Source of the DNA: Mayamaea pseudoterrestris
Taxonomy: Eukaryota
Length of the DNA: 64,000 nt
Assembly (NCBI GenBank): GCA_027923505.1
Contig: BROI01000031.1
Span: 1-64,000, forward strand
Direction of reading: 5' to 3'
The translations under genes were made by a program, and so were the position numbers. The notes below the pieces were generated by a model. It did not search any database. It had not been told where the DNA came from and saw only the letters and a program-made list of their open reading frames with translations. Positions 59,556-64,000 of the stretch are shown piece after piece. Position 1 is the first letter of the stretch. Every line of letters begins with the position of its first letter.

Positions 59556-62500
59556 CTAAAAGCCAACATCGGAACCCGACCCGAGCGATTGATGCGACTT
59601 TGGGGCCATGGATCGACGCAACATCACGATACCAGCCAACAAGACGGCAGCCACGAGAAACGCCATGGCAAGTGTAGCTCCAAACGACAGATTGCTCTCT
59701 TGCAGGCCTTGGTTGGATTTACGAATACCAGGAGACGAAAGCTTGCCGTCCACGTCGACCGAGTCGTGCAACGATTCCGTTCCCTGCGACTGAATCTCCG
59801 TGCCACCGCAATAGTCGGGAATGCCATGTTCCTTGGATCCGCAGCAGCCGCAAGTGTCGCTCGCGTGCTTGTGCATATGCTTGGCAGCTTTATCATGGTG
59901 AAGGCAGAGGGACTTCCACACTGGACCAGTGTCCTTGTCCGGATCTCCAGCGCGACGATGGCAAACAATCACCTTGTCGTCGCAGCAACGATGCGTCGAG
60001 CATACTTTGGGTGACGATGGACGCTTGGTTAAATGCTTGGCGCTGGGAGCGTGGACAGGTTTTCGCGCCGGTGACTTGCTGGTAGGGTTGTGCGTTCCTT
60101 CCATGCCCGACGTTGACGATGGAGCTGAGGTGGGACTGCTGGCAACTGGAACCAAGCTTGGCTGATCAGGGAACGTCGCTGGCATGTTAACAGGACTAGC
60201 AGTCGTTGTAGCAACTGGAGAGGTTGTCGAGTTTGGCTTTGTTGGAGTTGACGCCGGAGACTTTGCAGGCGCTTTGGTGGAATATTTTGATGTTGTTGGC
60301 GTCACTGCAGGCACGTTGGTGGGCGGTGTACAAAAGCTCGGTGTAGCGTGCTCACAATCTCCGCAGCATCCGCAATAATCCTTGGAGTGCATGTTCAGGT
60401 AATCCGCAGCGGTGGCCTGCGAGAGGCAAAGTGATTGCCAGATAGGACCAATGTCTTTTGCAGGTATGCCTGGTTGATGATGACAAACAATCACCTTGTC
60501 ATCCGAGCATGGATGATCTTTGCAAACATTCGAGGGCAAAGTTGCCAAACTTGTCGGCGCAACTGTTGGTGTCGCAACGGGGGAGGCTGATCCTCCTAAT
60601 CCAGAAGCTGTTGTTGGGTGCGCCGTGACGGGTGCATCGACTGGTGCAGTTGAAGGCAATGCAGCATGCAAGCTTGGCTGCAGGGTTGGAAATGTCGCTT
60701 GCTCGAGTGTCGGACGCGTCGTGGGCATACTCGACGGAGAATGCACGGAAGATACGGAAGGATGGTTATTAAACAGTGTTGGCCGACTTGTAGAATGTGT
60801 CACACTGGGGGCCTTTGTTGAATGACGAATTGGCATTAACGTTGGATTTTCCGTTCCCTTCAAGCCGGACGTTGGGCTACCAGAAGGTTGAGCTGTGGTA
60901 GGCTTTGGCGTGTGTAATGACTTTGATGGCTGGAGTGATTGCGACGCCGTCGGAATAATTGTGTCTAATGTCGGAGACGGCTTGTTTGTTGGTGTTCCTG
61001 CTGGCCAGTCAGTGGACGAATTCATTGGCGAAGGCATCTCCGTCGCTGGCGGGATCGTCAACTGTCGAAACGGCGCAGCGCTCGGGACGACTGGATGATG
61101 ACCTGATGGCGAGGAAGTCGATGGCTGACCTGACTCTTCTAAATTAGATGTTGAGTCACTAGTTGGCTGAGCAGTCGTTGGAGCTTGCGTGTACAATGGC
61201 ATTGAAGGCTGGAATGTAGGCAGCATTGTATCCTGCGGCAAAGACGGCTTAATCGTCGATGACATTGTTGGTCCAACCGTCTGAGCGTTGGCTGGTGCAA
61301 GGCTTGGTGGCATGGTAGACCGAACCGTGGGCTTGGTTGTCATAATGCTCGACGGCTGATTTGGCTTTGCAGTAGGCGCCTTTGTCATATCCTTTGTAGG
61401 TTTCTTGGTCGAGTGTCGAATTGGAGAGGATGAAGGCGAAAGCGTTGGTAGAAGAGTGGCGGAAGTGCAGAAACTCGGATGATTTTGTTCTGCAGCGCCA
61501 CAGCAGCCGCAAGTGTCTTGTGGGTGAGCCTCCATGTGCGCGTAAATCGCAGGAGCGGTGAGACAGAGAGACTGGCAATGGTTGTGGCAAACTATGTAGT
61601 TTCCAGCCGCACAAGGATACGCAGTGCAGAGCTCTGGCATTGTAGGCGAGACCGTTAAAGACGCCAACGTTGGTAGACTTATCGGGTAATCAGTCGGAGT
61701 GCTTGAGGTTGGCCAAGATGTGGGATTGGGAGGCAATGTCAACATTGTCGGTGCTGTCGTCAGTAGTACAGTCGCCAAAACCGTAGGATTGGCGGTGCTA
61801 GGTGAAACGCTTGGTGGAGCAAAGACTGGAGCGGTTGATGTTGGCGCTGCAGACACAGGGGGAACTGTAACTGGGGCTTGCGAAGTCGGCGGGACGTCAG
61901 ATGTTGGAGCCGTAGAGACTGGAGCTGTCGAGACTGGAGCTGTAGACACTGGTGCAGCAGAAAGTGGAGCCGCAGAGACCGGAAATGCCGTAGGATTTTC
62001 CGTAAGCAGCGGCGCTGTTGGGAGCAAGGTAGGCACCAGGGCCAAAATAGTGTTGCTTGGTGCCACACTTGGACTGGTTGTAACGTCCGTGGTTGGATAT
62101 TCTGTAATTGGCGAGCAGTAAGTGGGCTTGTGCATCTCTTCCGGTCCACAGCATCCACATGAGTCGTCCGGATGATTCTCGAGATGATTCTCAGCGCCTT
62201 CAGCAGGAAGGCAAAGCGATTGAGGATTGAAATCTGGTGGTTGCCGGTGACACACAATAACTTTATCGTCGCCACATTGATGGCTTGCACAGGCGATGTT
62301 CAAGGTCGGTAGCGTTGTCGGCGGAAGACTCGGGATCTCGACGACGCTAGAAGGTAATCCTGTTGGTTGCGCGGTCGAATAACCACCAGTTGGGAGATTC
62401 GTTGGGGCTTCAGTCGGCCAACCCGAAGCATTCGTCGGCGAGACGCTTGGATTATCCGTTGGCAAGCTAGTAGGCGGCAGCGAAGTAGGTTGCTGAGTAG

Positions 62501-64000
62501 GCGTCAACGTTGGCACTTTTGTTGGCGTTGCACTCGTTGGAGCATGCGACGGTGAGACTGTCGGGGACACCGACTGGCTTGCACTCGGGCCTGCAGACCC
62601 CTCCACAGTGGGCCAAACAGTCGGATAAAGTGTCGGCGAGCTGCTCAAAGTCTCACTCGGCGAATAGGTGGGCTCTCCGCTCGTCGGAGCAAGCGAGGGT
62701 GGAAATGAGGATGACACAGAGGGACCTGCGCTGGGTTCCAACAAAAGTGCTTCAGTAGGTGTACTTGTCGGGTAAGCACTTGTAGGTGAATTGCTCAAAG
62801 TCTCGGTTGGCAAACTTGTTGGTGCATGCGAAGGCGAAGCAGTCGGCGGCACCGACGGGCCATTGGAAGATGCTTCAGTGGGCCAAGACGATGGATAACT
62901 GCTCGAGGGAGCACCAGTCGGGAATTCCGTAGTCGCAAGCGTCGGGCTTTCACTTTCAACAGTCGGCACATTCGACAAAAGGACGGTTGCTGCAGCAGAC
63001 GGGGCGCTACTTGATGGAGTATACGTATCCAGCGAAGATGGTGCTCCACTTGTCAATGAAGGAGATGCCGAAGAACTTGTTGCAGCAGACGGGGCGCTAC
63101 TTGATGGAGTATACGTGTCCAACGAAGATGGTGCTCCACTTGTCAATGTCGGAGATGCTGTTGGAAAAGCACTCGTCGAGGCTTGGGTTGGCCAAGAACT
63201 TGGATAGCTGCTCGAAGGGCGCTCAGTCGGCGGCGCAAGCGTCGGATTTCCACTTTCAACGGTAGGCAAGTACGATGGCGGAACACTTGAGACACTTTCA
63301 GTTGGCGACTCCGTCGGCAAAAGTGTCGGATTTTCACTCGGCAAATGCGTCGGCCAAACTGTCGGACTATTGCTGCTTGGAGCAACCGTTGAAACCTTGG
63401 TTGGAATCACAGTCACGGCGGACGGCAACAGTGTTGGCATGGGTGTTGGATTGGAAGTCACTGGAGCAGCGCTTGGAGATTTGGTTGGCAGATTCGTCGG
63501 GTTTCCACTCGATACCGTCGGCACATGCGTCAAAGCCGCCGTAGGAGCATTGCTAACGGGACTCCACGTCGGAAGACTTGAAGGAAGATACGTGACGGCA
63601 GTGGGCGAGAGGGTTGGCAATGGAGTTGGATGGGCGGTCGTTGGCGCATCGGTCAAAGCCTCGGTTGGAAGAGCCGTCGGGCTTCCACTTGGATTTTGCG
63701 TGGGCGAAACGGTCGGCAATGAGCTTGCCGGAGCAACGCTTGGAGACAGTGTCGGAATTCCAGTTGGCCATGAGCTTACATCGACGGTAGGATTGCTGCT
63801 GCTGATTGGAGCCTTGGTGGGCAACTTGCTGGGCTTTTTAGTGTACTTGCTGGGACGCTTGGTGGAGTGACGAATGGGAGCAATCGTCGAGGGAGCAAGG
63901 GAAGGACTCACAGTCGGAGCCAGCGTCGTCGGAACCAAAGTTGGAGCAGCCGTCATGAGCATGGTCGCTTCAGTTGTTGGTGAAGCAGTTGGAGCCAAGG
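59556..64000 (-). CDS. Large mucin-like Pro/Ser/Thr-rich membrane-anchored protein with four Cys/His-rich modules (5' end outside the window)
   Basis: Open frame of at least 1480 codons of PT..PT/PS repeats; four (KV)IVCH...SLCL...H..D.CGCCG modules; C-terminal TM LAMAFLVAAVLLAGIVML then RR. Confidence 0.88.
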   Translation of the reverse strand, partial: LAPTASPTTEATMLMTAAPTLVPTTLAPTVSPSLAPSTIAPIRHSTKRPSKYTKKPSKLPTKAPISSSNPTVDVSSWPTGIPTLSPSVAPASSLPTVSPTQNPSGSPTALPTEALTDAPTTAHPTPLPTLSPTAVTYLPSSLPTWSPVSNAPTAALTHVPTVSSGNPTNLPTKSPSAAPVTSNPTPMPTLLPSAVTVIPTKVSTVAPSSNSPTVWPTHLPSENPTLLPTESPTESVSSVPPSYLPTVESGNPTLAPPTERPSSSYPSSWPTQASTSAFPTASPTLTSGAPSSLDTYTPSSSAPSAATSSSASPSLTSGAPSSLDTYTPSSSAPSAAATVLLSNVPTVESESPTLATTEFPTGAPSSSYPSSWPTEASSNGPSVPPTASPSHAPTSLPTETLSNSPTSAYPTSTPTEALLLEPSAGPSVSSSFPPSLAPTSGEPTYSPSETLSSSPTLYPTVWPTVEGSAGPSASQSVSPTVSPSHAPTSATPTKVPTLTPTQQPTSLPPTSLPTDNPSVSPTNASGWPTEAPTNLPTGGYSTAQPTGLPSSVVEIPSLPPTTLPTLNIACASHQCGDDKVIVCHRQPPDFNPQSLCLPAEGAENHLENHPDDSCGCCGPEEMHKPTYCSPITEYPTTDVTTSPSVAPSNTILALVPTLLPTAPLLTENPTAFPVSAAPLSAAPVSTAPVSTAPVSTAPTSDVPPTSQAPVTVPPVSAAPTSTAPVFAPPSVSPSTANPTVLATVLLTTAPTMLTLPPNPTSWPTSSTPTDYPISLPTLASLTVSPTMPELCTAYPCAAGNYIVCHNHCQSLCLTAPAIYAHMEAHPQDTCGCCGAAEQNHPSFCTSATLLPTLSPSSSPIRHSTKKPTKDMTKAPTAKPNQPSSIMTTKPTVRSTMPPSLAPANAQTVGPTMSSTIKPSLPQDTMLPTFQPSMPLYTQAPTTAQPTSDSTSNLEESGQPSTSSPSGHHPVVPSAAPFRQLTIPPATEMPSPMNSSTDWPAGTPTNKPSPTLDTIIPTASQSLQPSKSLHTPKPTTAQPSGSPTSGLKGTENPTLMPIRHSTKAPSVTHSTSRPTLFNNHPSVSSVHSPSSMPTTRPTLEQATFPTLQPSLHAALPSTAPVDAPVTAHPTTASGLGGSASPVATPTVAPTSLATLPSNVCKDHPCSDDKVIVCHHQPGIPAKDIGPIWQSLCLSQATAADYLNMHSKDYCGCCGDCEHATPSFCTPPTNVPAVTPTTSKYSTKAPAKSPASTPTKPNSTTSPVATTTASPVNMPATFPDQPSLVPVASSPTSAPSSTSGMEGTHNPTSKSPARKPVHAPSAKHLTKRPSSPKVCSTHRCCDDKVIVCHRRAGDPDKDTGPVWKSLCLHHDKAAKHMHKHASDTCGCCGSKEHGIPDYCGGTEIQSQGTESLHDSVDVDGKLSSPGIRKSNQGLQESNLSFGATLAMAFLVAAVLLAGIVMLRRSMAPKSHQSLGSGSDVGF

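Noticed and set aside
62987..63150. Direct repeat of about 70 bp as a mobile-element footprint
   Set aside because: It is an in-frame duplication (LTSGAPSSLDTYTPSSSAPSAA twice) inside the mucin-like coding region.

Overview
Eukaryotic DNA, most likely a diatom (inferred from a CoDi-type Ty1/copia element, a DUF6824-like protein, bipartite A-F-A-P plastid presequences, short GT-AG introns and a carbamate kinase); the species cannot be fixed from sequence alone. The first ~25.7 kb is a satellite block with at least five tandem-repeat families: A ~174 bp, B 169 bp, C 168 bp, D ~254/602 bp composite and E 180 bp. These are CpG-poor and four of them carry short dyad symmetries. A copia LTR retrotransposon with a chromodomain-like segment sits in this block as a near-identical 5005-bp tandem or self-nested pair, bridging satellite A to satellite B without a target-site duplication. 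The remaining ~38 kb is gene-dense: ZIP metal transporter, peroxisomal acyl-CoA oxidase, S49 peptidase, alpha/beta hydrolase, UBR-box E3 ligase, MYB factor, tandem-ApaG plastid protein, TM-LRR protein, DUF6824-like protein, phosphodiester glycosidase, VTI1 SNARE, a putative thylakoid-lumen protein and a large mucin-like surface protein. The best finding is a head-to-head pair, 368 bp apart, of carbamate kinase (arcC) and an intron-containing COG2403-type P-loop gene matching the arginine synthetase (ArcE) family, suggesting a clustered eukaryotic ATP-yielding arginine pathway. A ~125-bp triplicated TGACGT-rich element also recurs in two divergent promoters.
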